DNA of 64,000 nt, from positions 627,144 through 691,143 of the forward strand of contig NW_004797483.1 in the NCBI RefSeq assembly GCF_000002075.1, read 5' to 3'. The notes beneath the pieces are model-generated. The model searched no databases and was not told the DNA's origin. It saw only the letters and a program-made list of their open reading frames with translations. This DNA comes from Aplysia californica (lineage: Eukaryota). Positions 48,001-60,000 of the stretch are shown piece after piece. The position numbers and the translations under genes were made by a program. The first letter of the stretch is position 1. The number at the start of each line of letters is the position of its first letter.

Positions 48001-51000
48001 TAGTTCCATAGAATTATAGTTTATTTGTACTTTTTAGGATTATGTTTTTGTGTATATTTTAGAATTGTGTTTCAGTTAGTATTTAATTTATGTTTAATAT
48101 ATCTTACTTGCATATTATGTTTCTGTACATTTTAAAAACTTATGATTATTTGGCTCATATCTTGATATTACTGTTTTGGCTGCATGCGAGCAAATTATGC
48201 TGTTTACTCTGCCCTGATTTGCGTGAAACTTACTCTGTCTGCAGCGCCAGCAGCAGCCTCCTCAAGATGCCAACATGATCAGTGAGTAATGAATATACCA
48301 TGTGTGTGTATGTGTATTTGTGTTTGAGTCTGTGCATTCACCCTTCAAATTATGAGTGATGGACAAACTCTCTGGTATGTTTTGTTCCTTCTCCCCTTTC
48401 CATCATATATTATCCTATTATCTCTCCTCCTTATCTTTGTATGTTCCTACCTTTAATCGTCTGCACTTATGTGACTTATTTGTGTTGCAGATGCTCTTAC
48501 AAAAAACGAAAGTGGGTGGTTGGTGGTTGCTCTGGTGTGGTTTGCTCCTTCTTTCCTATCAAACATCCATGGTCCTGATCTCTCCTTCTTTTTTGTGTTT
48601 GTTACTCGTTTGTAACACCTCTAATCTTCAGCACTTATTTGACTTTATTGTATTGCAAGTGCAGTAAAACTCTTTCTAAAACTAAAAAATTGGAATGAAA
48701 TCATCCTTCAAATAAATTATCGTATCTTGTATACTATTGAATTGGAAAAGGTTGAGAAAAGATGTTTTGATGTCGGGTTGTTGGGGGGGTTTTTTGTTAT
48801 TGTTTTCTTCCCCATCATCTAAAATAAATTTTGAAGCTCCATGTCAGGAGGTGAAACTGTAAATGTTATTTGAATCCTTCCCCCGTCCCCCATGCCTTTT
48901 TTTGTTGTTGCTGTTTTTGTTAGGTTTTTTGCTTTTGTTTTATTTTGTTACGGGTTGTTCACACCTTGTTTTGTCCGCGCAGTGCGTCAGCCGGGCATGG
49001 CAGGCAACCAAGCCATGATGAACATGCAGCCACAAGGCTCGGTGGGAATGTCCACCCCAGGGGCCATGATCAACCCACAGATGGCACAGCAGGCAGTGCC
49101 AAACTCTCAGGTACGCCTTTACCTTTCAATGTTCGTTCACCGTTCATTCAAGACTTCAACCCTTGTTTAGGCATCAGCTACATCCCTCGTGCTGATTTGT
49201 TGATATATTTGGATTTATTTCGTTTCGAAGCGAGGGGAGTGCATTTGGGTTTTTTAAAGTTTTTGTATGGGGATAATGAACTCGTACAAAAATTTAGCCT
49301 TTTCTTTGCCATGAGAATGATTTTTTAAAAATTGGTTTGGCAGCAGACTACTGGCTAATTGCCTTGAAAATGAAGTAAGGTATACAATCGTGTAACTTGA
49401 TAAAAGTGTTCTAGACTTCAACATAATCTCAAACACTGTAAATCTGAGAATTTCTTGCTACATCGTTCGTCTGTAAACTTTCTTGTTAAATATCTGTTGT
49501 GGGGTTAATTATTGGTTAAAAATTCTAACTGTGTGTTTTAAAAAAAATATTTTGAGCCTTTATAGGTAGCTTCAAGACTGAAAAGTACCAAATAAATCAA
49601 ATCTGGACCTGTTCTGTAAAATTTAGTCTTGGTAATGTCAGCGGTTTCTGTTTCACACCATTTCACACCACTGTCCTCTGACCAAGTAGTCTTCTGGTTG
49701 CTAGGTTGACAGTTTTGGCAGCTTATGTTCTCCTGCTGTCGTGCCTTTCTAATCTTTTCAGTGTGACTTAGGTTATCTACTTTATTTTGGCTGATTGCTT
49801 CCTTCCTTTCGTCTTGGATGTTTTGTTTGGTTTTATTTATTTTTGGTTGGTTGTGATTGTTTCATGGCTTAGAAGGGAAGAAATTTATAACAAGAAAAAC
49901 ACGTTCATCTCATAAATCTGTCTCTGGTCTTATGGCATTTGCCACGTTGTAGCTTTTTGCCCTCCGTGTTAAAGTATCTGATCAGTTCACGAATAGGAAA
50001 ATGTGTAGAGGAATAAGTAGATACCAGTTTCTACTTTGGTTCCTCTCGAATGGAACAGTCTTTTTGAGACATTCAAGGTTTTCAGGGGGGGAAAAAGGGA
50101 CTTGCAAAGCAACAAATGCCCTCAATTTATGTGTAGCATTTGTTCCTCTTTCTTAGAAGTTGCTTGGTGTGAAGTTTTCGTTGCGTGTATTGTCGGAGAG
50201 ATGCCTTCGTTAATTGGCTCTATAGGACAGCATGGAAGTTATGGGGTTAAACACTGTGTGTTACTAGATCGATGTCAGTAACGACAAGGAATGAAAGAAA
50301 ATTGATCTTATCTTTGTGCCCATACAATACAAAGTCAGTTCTGCAAGGCAATATTCATATACAGAGTGATAAAAAAACAACTGTACCACTTTTTTTCTGA
50401 ATATCTCGCACAAAAATTGTTCTAGAATGCTGTAATTTCGAACAAACATAGAATTCATTTAAAAGGAATTTGTTTGACATAAAATCTGCGAAGAAGAAAC
50501 TTGTTTTGAAAACAGAAATGACTTAAGAAAAAGCGACCATAAACGCAAAGCTCACCAATTTTTTAAAATCTTGTAAAGAAAGTCGTGAAAAGATTGGTTG
50601 GATTTTTTCTTTATTTTCTCTTTGACTTCTAATTTTCCATCTCTGTCACACTTAAACAATATTTAATTTCTTTTACAGAGTTAAAAAGAATAACGATTTC
50701 ATTCTGAAATTCCTAGAAGCAGTGGTTTACCTGCCCTCCTTTTGACTCGACACATTTTTAACGCGTCGTTCGAAATGTTCAATGTCGCCTAAACACATGG
50801 ACCTACTAAACCATGAGTGTTTAAAGCCACAAACACTGTACATATTCAGTATGAAGTGGCTTCTAGAGACAATAGGGAGTGGGGTGTCCAATAAGACAGC
50901 ATTTTGGGAGTTAACATATCCCACAGGGTGAAAATGGACTTTTCACTAAACCAGATGTCATCGAAGAAATGTTCCCGCTTTTCAAGACAATCGAGGGATC

Positions 51001-54000
51001 ATGAACACGTTGCCATGCTCTGATCCATGTCATCTCGGCCTAGGGAAGATGAAAGTGTTACAGTCATGAGTTAAGATCTGCCATGAGAATGCAGCCTGTT
51101 GAGTGTATGAAAGTCCTAGCTGCAGATCGTCTACAGACAGACTACTGAAATCTGCACCCTCGTGACATTTATAGGGCTGTGCATGGTGCGTGTTTGAAGT
51201 GGTGATTCTTTAGGAAATTTTTAGTTCTGATTCGCTGTAGATCCAAACTGAAGGAACTTTTCTACTTGTGACACCAAAGGTCTTGAGGGCACCTAAGCAT
51301 TCTCTCCATGCCGTGCGCAGAACTTACAAAATGTCAAGGACAGTGAGTTTTGTGGAGAGGTGATGTTCAATGCAAAAAGCTCTCTGCTCTTTACTAAACA
51401 TAACCATTATCTCAGCTTGCAAACAAAATTTGGGGAAAATAATATCTGCTGACTTCTATTGATTTGTTAGACTGCTGTAGCTTGCAATTTGGTGTGATTG
51501 TTGCAACTTTTAGTGCTAGGCCTAATGCGAACTGGTGCGTCATGCTATGAAAATGGCGACAAGGTGGGAAATGGTTTTCTTTTAATGCGCCGTATAGAGC
51601 AAAATCATTCAATGGACATATCTAAAATGAATATCAGGCAAATTCCTTTTGGCTTTCAAATGTTTTGTTCAAATCTGAAACGCAAAACTTCAGTATGGAG
51701 GAAGATATTTACTAAACAAGGTGCACAGATTTATTTTGGGATCACCCTGTATTTTCTTTTGCTTTTTGGTGTCCAGATTTAGCACTCTTTGGAGTCCCTT
51801 CCATGAGCAGGCTATAACATCATCTCATAATTTGCTAGATTACAGTGCAAACAACTGTAGTTCAAGTCATTGACATGCCTTTTTAAATTTGAGTTTGAGA
51901 AATTTTCCGTCTGCACTCTCAGCTTTGTCAATTTGTGCCTCATATTTTTATTAACCTCACCGAAATATAACAGAATGGATCATACTAGACAATGCTGTGT
52001 GCCGTCAATGGAACGCATTCTTTTATAGCTGTACAGTTGGTGTGTTGCATGACTGGTGTGTGAGCCCTCATCCCCGTCTAGGATTCCTCTGTTCTGACTG
52101 TTTTAGCATGTATGTACTAGTGGCTCAGGTTTAGTTACATTGTGCATAATTATGTCACGTTGCCAGTTAGGGTTTTGGATGGAAGCCTGGGAAAGACCTT
52201 TGTTTTGTATGCCAGTAGCGTAGTCTTGAGAATTTCTGATAAGGTGATTTTATCCTTTTTTCTCGCTATGGCCTGATTGGCCCCACATACTATCATCATA
52301 GGACATAAAATAAACACCCACATAGTGTATGTTCCCCCCCCATGATGAATTAGTGATGTGCCAGGTTTTCTTTGTGAATTGGATAACAACAAGGAATGAT
52401 TGCCAGTTGGGTTTTTTTGGTCCATGCTTGCAGAATCATGGGGTGGGCAGCCAGGGAATTCTCTTATCTTCCCTAGTTTACATGCTCTTTTGTCCTAATT
52501 TTAGAGTACCTTCTCTGATGTACTGTTCATGTTTGTATTTATGATTTTAACGTAAAACCAGTCTCTACAGCTCTGTCAGAGCTTGATGTGAGTGTTTGGA
52601 GGGCACCACAAGAAAGCCCTATTTCTTTTCTTTCACTCAGTTTTTCCTCTCTTATCTGTCTTGTTTTTTCCCCTGTGCTAGATGGTTACTATGGAGTTGA
52701 TGTGCTTCTCTTTACTCAAAGAGCCTCCTAATTTATCTAATCTAAATTGTATAGATAAGGGCATGAACCCCCTACAAGAAAAAAAGGAAGTTTCTTGTGA
52801 TAATAATAATATATGGACTTTTAACTGTGGTGACCTGTTGTAAGCCTCCACTTTGATTTGTTCCGCTTTCTTGCTTCAAGAGCTCGCACCAGGAAAATAA
52901 TGAGTAGCGTTTTTAAAATTTGTTATCAGTTCTGATTTGCATTGTACTGTCATGTTTGATATTAGACTGCCTTTTGGCTATTTGGATTCAACCTCGTTAG
53001 CTTGTTTTTTTTTACATTGTTTTTTTCCTCCAATTTTTTCCCTTTATAACCAGTTGAGTTTATTTTTCCTAGTTAGACTTGCATGTTTTCTGGAGTTTAC
53101 CATGCATTCCGTTGTGTTTTGCTTTGTTTTATAATTTCCCCCCAACCTGGGCCCCCCGTGTTTTGTTTCACTACTAGGCTAACTTGCTGAGCTCACAGGC
53201 TATGGCTAACATGCAGCCTGGAGCCCCGCAGAACCCTGCCATGATGGCAATGGGCATGCCACAGAACCCGGCCATGATGCAAACGGGAGTCCCGCAAAAC
53301 CCCAGCATGATGCAGGCCGGCGGGCCCCAGCCACCGCAAAACCCGGCCATGATGCAGGCTGGTGGGCCATCGCAAAACCCGGCCATGATACAAACCAGCG
53401 GCCCGCAAAATCCTCCTGGCATGATGCCTCCGTCGGCCGGGGTGATGGGCATGTCGCAGCAGCAGGGCCAGCAGCCTGCCCAGACGCCGCAGTCGCAACA
53501 GCAACAGCAGTTCCCGCCGCAGCAGGTGCTGTCTACTCTCTCTGTGTCTTCACGTGTCAACAGACAGACAGATACGACTCATGCACCGACTCACTCTGTC
53601 CACGCTTCCCGGCCTCTTCCTCTTCTCCTGTCTGGGATTGATCGCTTGAATGAAAAAGGTCTCCCTCACCCTTTACTACCCCCAACACTACCCCTCACAT
53701 ACAACCTCACCCCCTCTCCCCCCTCCATCCCCCAACACCTAGCTAGATACATCACTGTTTCAAGTGTCCCACCATCCGTCCTTCCTCCTCCTCTCTCAGG
53801 CATCAAGAGCGATTATCTGACATAATTCTATAGTCACCTCCCACCACAGTTGTGATCTTCTCTTTATTAACCTGTCAATGTTTTGCAACATTGCTAGAAA
53901 ATCACATCTGTGAATGATTTGCTTGACACCAATGTCACCATCCCTCCCTGTTCTGTGTGTTAACCCCAATTTGGTTTGTTTTTGGTTTGGGGTTTTTGTT

Positions 54001-57000
54001 TTTTTGTGCTTTTTTTTTCCTTCAGTTTGTTCTTATGTATGCTTTTCAGTGTCAGAAATTTGATGTTTATGTAGCAGATTTGTCTGTTAGACTTTTAGTG
54101 TGTAGACATAATTGTTATCAAAACAGTACAAAGCATCTTCGCATTGTGGAAGAAAGGGGCGTATGTGTGGAAAATGTGAATGTAATGTGCCGCAGACAGT
54201 GGGCTGCAACTTTCTCATGCTCACACAGGGTACTGTTTCTCACATTGGATCAAAGAGCACATCATGATGTGTTCGTTTTTGCCAAACGTAGCTGTTTACG
54301 TGCTTTTAGTAGAGGTTTTGAGAATGGTTTCGTCATATTGTCTCTGTCTGATGATGTCTTCCCTCTGTGCTTTCTCTCTGTCTGTCTTGATTTTCTCCTG
54401 TAGTAATTATTGCTATGTTGATGTACTTCTTGACCTGAACAAACTGTGTCCTTTCTCAAATCTCTTTGTCACTTGACTTTTTCCTCGTCTCTTTTTCTCT
54501 CAGAAAGCCCACTTACACTAACTGTCCATTTATTATAAGAAAGTGCTGAAGAAATGACACAAATCTGAAATGCAAAACTTCAGTATGGAGGAAGATATTT
54601 ACTAAACAAGGTGCACAGATTTTTTTTGGGATCACCCTGTATTTTCTTTTGCTTTTTGGTGTCCAGATTTAGCACTCTTTGGAGTCCCTTCCATGAGCAG
54701 GCTATAACATCATCTCATAATTTGCTAGATTACAGTGCAAACAACTGTAGTTCAAGTCATTGACATGCCTTTTTAAATTTGAGTTTGAGAAATTTTCCGT
54801 CTGCACTCTCAGCTTTGTCAATTTGTGCCTCATATTTTTATTAACCTCACCGAAATATAACAGAATGGATCATACTAGACAATGCTGTGTGCCGTCAATG
54901 GAACGCATTCTTTTATAGCTGTACAGTTGGTGTGTTGCATGACTGGTGTGTGAGCCCTCATCCCCGTCTAGGATTCCTCTGTTCTGACTGTTTTAGCATG
55001 TATGTACTAGTGGCTCAGGTTTAGTTACATTGTGCATAATTATGTCACGTTGCCAGTTAGGGTTTTGGATGGAAGCCTGGGAAAGACCTTTGTTTTGTAT
55101 GCCAGTAGCGTAGTCTTGAGAATTTCTGATAAGGTGATTTTATCCTTTTTTCTCGCTATGGCCTGATTGGCCCCACATACTATCATCATAGGACATAAAA
55201 TAAACACCCACATAGTGTATGTTCCCCCCCCATGATGAATTAGTGATGTGCCAGGTTTTCTTTGTGAATTGGATAACAACAAGGAATGATTGCCAGTTGG
55301 GTTTTTTTGGTCCATGCTTGCAGAATCATGGGGTGGGCAGCCAGGGAATTCTCTTATCTTCCCTAGTTTACATGCTCTTTTGTCCTAATTTTAGAGTACC
55401 TTCTCTGATGTACTGTTCATGTTTGTATTTATGATTTTAACGTAAAACCAGTCTCTACAGCTCTGTCAGAGCTTGATGTGAGTGTTTGGAGGGCACCACA
55501 AGAAAGCCCTATTTCTTTTCTTTCACTCAGTTTTTCCTCTCTTATCTGTCTTGTTTTTTCCCCTGTGCTAGATGGTTACTATGGAGTTGATGTGCTTCTC
55601 TTTACTCAAAGAGCCTCCTAATTTATCTAATCTAAATTGTATAGATAAGGGCATGAACCCCCTACAAGAAAAAAAGGAAGTTTCTTGTGATAATAATAAT
55701 ATATGGACTTTTAACTGTGGTGACCTGTTGTAAGCCTCCACTTTGATTTGTTCCGCTTTCTTGCTTCAAGAGCTCGCACCAGGAAAATAATGAGTAGCGT
55801 TTTTAAAATTTGTTATCAGTTCTGATTTGCATTGTACTGTCATGTTTGATATTAGACTGCCTTTTGGCTATTTGGATTCAACCTCGTTAGCTTGTTTTTT
55901 TTTACATTGTTTTTTTCCTCCAATTTTTTCCCTTTATAACCAGTTGAGTTTATTTTTCCTAGTTAGACTTGCATGTTTTCTGGAGTTTACCATGCATTCC
56001 GTTGTGTTTTGCTTTGTTTTATAATTTCCCCCCAACCTGGGCCCCCCGTGTTTTGTTTCACTACTAGGCTAACTTGCTGAGCTCACAGGCTATGGCTAAC
56101 ATGCAGCCTGGAGCCCCGCAGAACCCTGCCATGATGGCAATGGGCATGCCACAGAACCCGGCCATGATGCAAACGGGAGTCCCGCAAAACCCCAGCATGA
56201 TGCAGGCCGGCGGGCCCCAGCCGCCGCAAAACCCGGCCATGATGCAGGCTGGTGGGCCATCGCAAAACCCGGCCATGATACAAACCAGCGGCCCGCAAAA
56301 TCCTCCTGGCATGATGCCTCCGTCGGCCGGGGTGATGGGCATGTCGCAGCAGCAGGGCCAGCAGCCTGCCCAGACGCCGCAGTCGCAACAGCAACAGCAG
56401 TTCCCGCCGCAGCAGGTGCTGTCTACTCTCTCTGTGTCTTCACGTGTCAACAGACAGACAGATACGACTCATGCACCGACTCACTCTGTCCACGCTTCCC
56501 GGCCTCTTCCTCTTCTCCTGTCTGGGATTGATCGCTTGAATGAAAAAGGTCTCCCTCACCCTTTACTACCCCCAACACTACCCCTCACATACAACCTCAC
56601 CCCCTCTCCCCCCTCCATCCCCCAACACCTAGCTAGATACATCACTGTTTCAAGTGTCCCACCATCCGTCCTTCCTCCTCCTCTCTCAGGCATCAAGAGC
56701 GATTATCTGACATAATTCTATAGTCACCTCCCACCACAGTTGTGATCTTCTCTTTATTAACCTGTCAATGTTTTGCAACATTGCTAGAAAATCACATCTG
56801 TGAATGATTTGCTTGACACCAATGTCACCATCCCTCCCTGTTCTGTGTGTTAACCCCTGTTTGGTTTGTTTTTGGTTTGGGGTTTTTGTTTTTTTGTGCT
56901 TTTTTTTTTTCAGTTTGTTCTTATGTATGCTTTTCAGTGTCAGAAATTTGATGTTTATGTAGCAGATTTGTCTGTTAGACTTTTAGTGTGTAGACATAAT

Positions 57001-60000
57001 TGTTATCAAAACAGTACAAAGCATCTTCGCATTGTGGAAGAAAAGGGCGTATGTGTGGAAAATGTGATTGTAATGTGCCGCAGACAGTGGGCTGCAACTT
57101 TCTCATGCTCACACAGGGTACTGTTTCTCACATTGGATCAAAGAGCACATCATGATGTGTTCGTTTTTGCCAAACGTAGCTGTTTACGTGCTTTTAGTAG
57201 AGGTTTTGAGAATGGTTTCGTCATATTGTCTCTGTCTGATGATGTCTTCCCTCTGTGCTTTCTCTCTGTCTGTCTTGATTTTCTCCTGTAGTAATTATTG
57301 CTATGTTGATGTACTTCTTGACATGAACAAACTGTGTCCTTTCTCAAATCTCTTTGTCACTTGACTTTTTCCTCCTCTCTTTTTCTCTCAGAAAGCCCAC
57401 TAACACTAACTGTCCATTTATTATAAGAAAGTGCTGAAGAAATGACATACCGCTGATAAAAACACTTTCTTAAGCTGAAAGGCTTCCGGCATAAAACAGA
57501 TGAAAATCCTCAGGTCACAGTATTCAGTAATTTACAGATAGAGCTCAAACTGAAAGTTTACCCCCCCCCCCCCCCGCGGTGGTGCTACTGACTGAAATGT
57601 CTTTAGGCCATTCTCAAAGGGGGGACATTAACATGTTCTTTTGAGCAGTAGAATTGTAAACGGGCTGATTCATCAATGTCATGCTCCTAACTGTTCCTGA
57701 ACTGCTGCTTTTTCTTTCCTAGTCCTTACTATCATCTTTTTTTCCTCTACTTCTTTTGTATGTTTGTCACCCTCTTGCGACCCGCTATTTCCAGGGTGGG
57801 GTGCCTTGATAGTTTGTGCTGTTGAAGCTTGAGAGGTGAGCAGAATAAGCCATATTCCCTTTATGGACTGCTCTGTTGACATCCACCCTTGGCGCTCGTA
57901 TGACCATATGCAGTTGCGAGGCGCCCTAAAAACTCTACTAAAACTTAAAAACTAAAAACTTAAAATTACTGAGTACTATGGCAGGTGACTTGGGGATTCT
58001 CATGCTGTTGTCCCCATTTGTGTATCTTTATGTTTTCTTGAAAGGACATTAAGTTCAACATGTACTACTGGTATTTTGTTTCGCTCTTGGCTATCATTTT
58101 TGTTTTTAAGGTGTCGAAGCTCAGTTTTTCTTGACAAAAGTCTATTCTACTTCTTGTTTCTTGCCCTTTTGTTTCTTGCCTTTTAACATTTGTGTAATTA
58201 TCCTGTGTTACATTTATTGTTTCATTTATGGATTTGTTTTTACTAATCAGTGGATGATTGGAGTTCGAGGTAGCTACTGGTGGATCCTACTTTTTGTCTC
58301 TCTGTCTATTGTTTCTGCTGATGTCTTTTTTCCCCCCTGCGCTATATTACCGTTACTGTGTCAATGTGCTTATCTTTACTCAAACTCAGACTTTACTACT
58401 CAGTGATTGTATTTAGTTCTCTCTCTATAAATAAGATGGTGGGTGGCTGGCAGGTGCTCTAGTGTAGTTTGCTCCTTCTTTCCTATCATATATGTATCGT
58501 CCGTATCTCTTATTTTGTTCTTTGTATGCTGCTCTTCAGTAACACTTGTAATTGTCAGCACTTATATGACCGTTTTATGTTGGAAGAGCTGTTAAACTTA
58601 TCGTCTCACTCTCTGTATATAAGATGTGCATTCTGTCTGCTAACATTTTTCATTTTGTCCTTTCCCCCATCCCCATCACCCCTAAAACTTATTATCTCTC
58701 TATATAAGATGTGCATTCGGTCTGCTAACATTTTTCATTTTCTTCTTCTCCCCTTCCCCTCCCCCCTATGGTCATGGTGTGTCCACCACAGCAGGGATAC
58801 ATGCCTGATGCACAGGGCATGGGTCAGCAGCACGGCCAGTTGCCCATGGTCCCTGGACCCAGGGAGAAAAGAGTCATATGGACAGGTTGGTTTCATTTCG
58901 CTACAGTACAATTACAGTTCTATGTGCTCAGTATCTAGTTTTGAGAAGTTTGAGGTAAAAAATGTTGAGTTTCTCACTATGTCCAGCTCTTTTGAATGCA
59001 ATTCTTTGAATATCTTGATAATGACTCTGAATAATCTTATGAGTTTGGCAGAGCAGATAGAACATTTGGTTTTGACCTCATGGTCTTAACAGCTCAAAAC
59101 GACCAAAAATGTCTGATAGAACTTTGTCATTCTGAGGTAGTGATTTGTCATCCATTTTAAACGCGCAGGTGGAATGGCAAAAGAATACTGGTGGGGAATG
59201 AAAGATATTAGTTGGCGTTCACGTCTAGCTACTTTTCTATGACTTACACAGATAAGCATAGTCAAATAGGTGGTGGGACTGTTTTCGGGAAAGTTCTTTT
59301 TCTAAACTTTCTTGCCTAAAACAACCGTTTTCCTAAAATATTTGTGGAATATTTTTTAGAATTATTTTATGCAAATGAGAAAACCAAATGTGTACAATGT
59401 TTCTGTGTGTCATGTTTCCCCATTGCCCTTTCCAGGCACCATGGAATATCAGGACCGTAATGCCCAGGCAGCGAATCAGCAAAATGTCAATTTCTTACTC
59501 AACTGCAATGTCTACATCGAGATGCAGGATGCTGACATGTAAGTTGCACTCCTGATAACTTCAAACCCTCTTTTTTCTTTTTCCCCCTTTAAATTTTCAT
59601 AATCGGTTTCCCCGAGCCTGATTTCCCTAATGACCTTCATTTTCATTTCCCGTTTTTTTCTTCCGTTTTCTTTTTTTTTTTTTTTACTTATGAGTTTGTG
59701 AGGCTATCTGTAGGCTTACTGCTGTTGTAGACCTTTCTGGAAACTAGAATTTTCTGAAATTTCAGTGCTCATGTGTCCTTAACTGTGAGATTTGTCGTAG
59801 CTTGTTTACTTTCCTTACTCTCTCATCATCCCCCCCCCCCTCCCCCGAGGGCAGTGCTACTGACTGAAGTTTCTTTAAGCCATTCCCAAAGGGGGGTATT
59901 AACATGTTCTTATCCGCAGTAGAATTGTAAATGGGCTGATTTATCAATGTCCTGTCATACAGTGCCGGAAAAACATAGGAGGAACTGCTGCTTTTTCTTT

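Larger units (their letters stand above)
51670..57447 (+). repeat. Direct tandem duplication, ~2.89 kb x2 (51670-54559; 54560-57447)
   Basis: Identical ORF-track proteins offset by 2890; junction gaaatgaca|caaatctgaaa; about 10 differences seen by eye. Confidence 0.97.

Noticed and set aside
53174-53560. Cys-rich minus-strand ORF (and its copy at 56064-56450) resembling a metallothionein or keratin-associated protein
   Set aside because: It is the antisense reading of the CAG/ATG-rich MED25 exon 14.
53526-53825. C-terminal part of the 213-aa ORF
   Set aside because: Read-through into the intron past the donor at 53526; composition changes abruptly.
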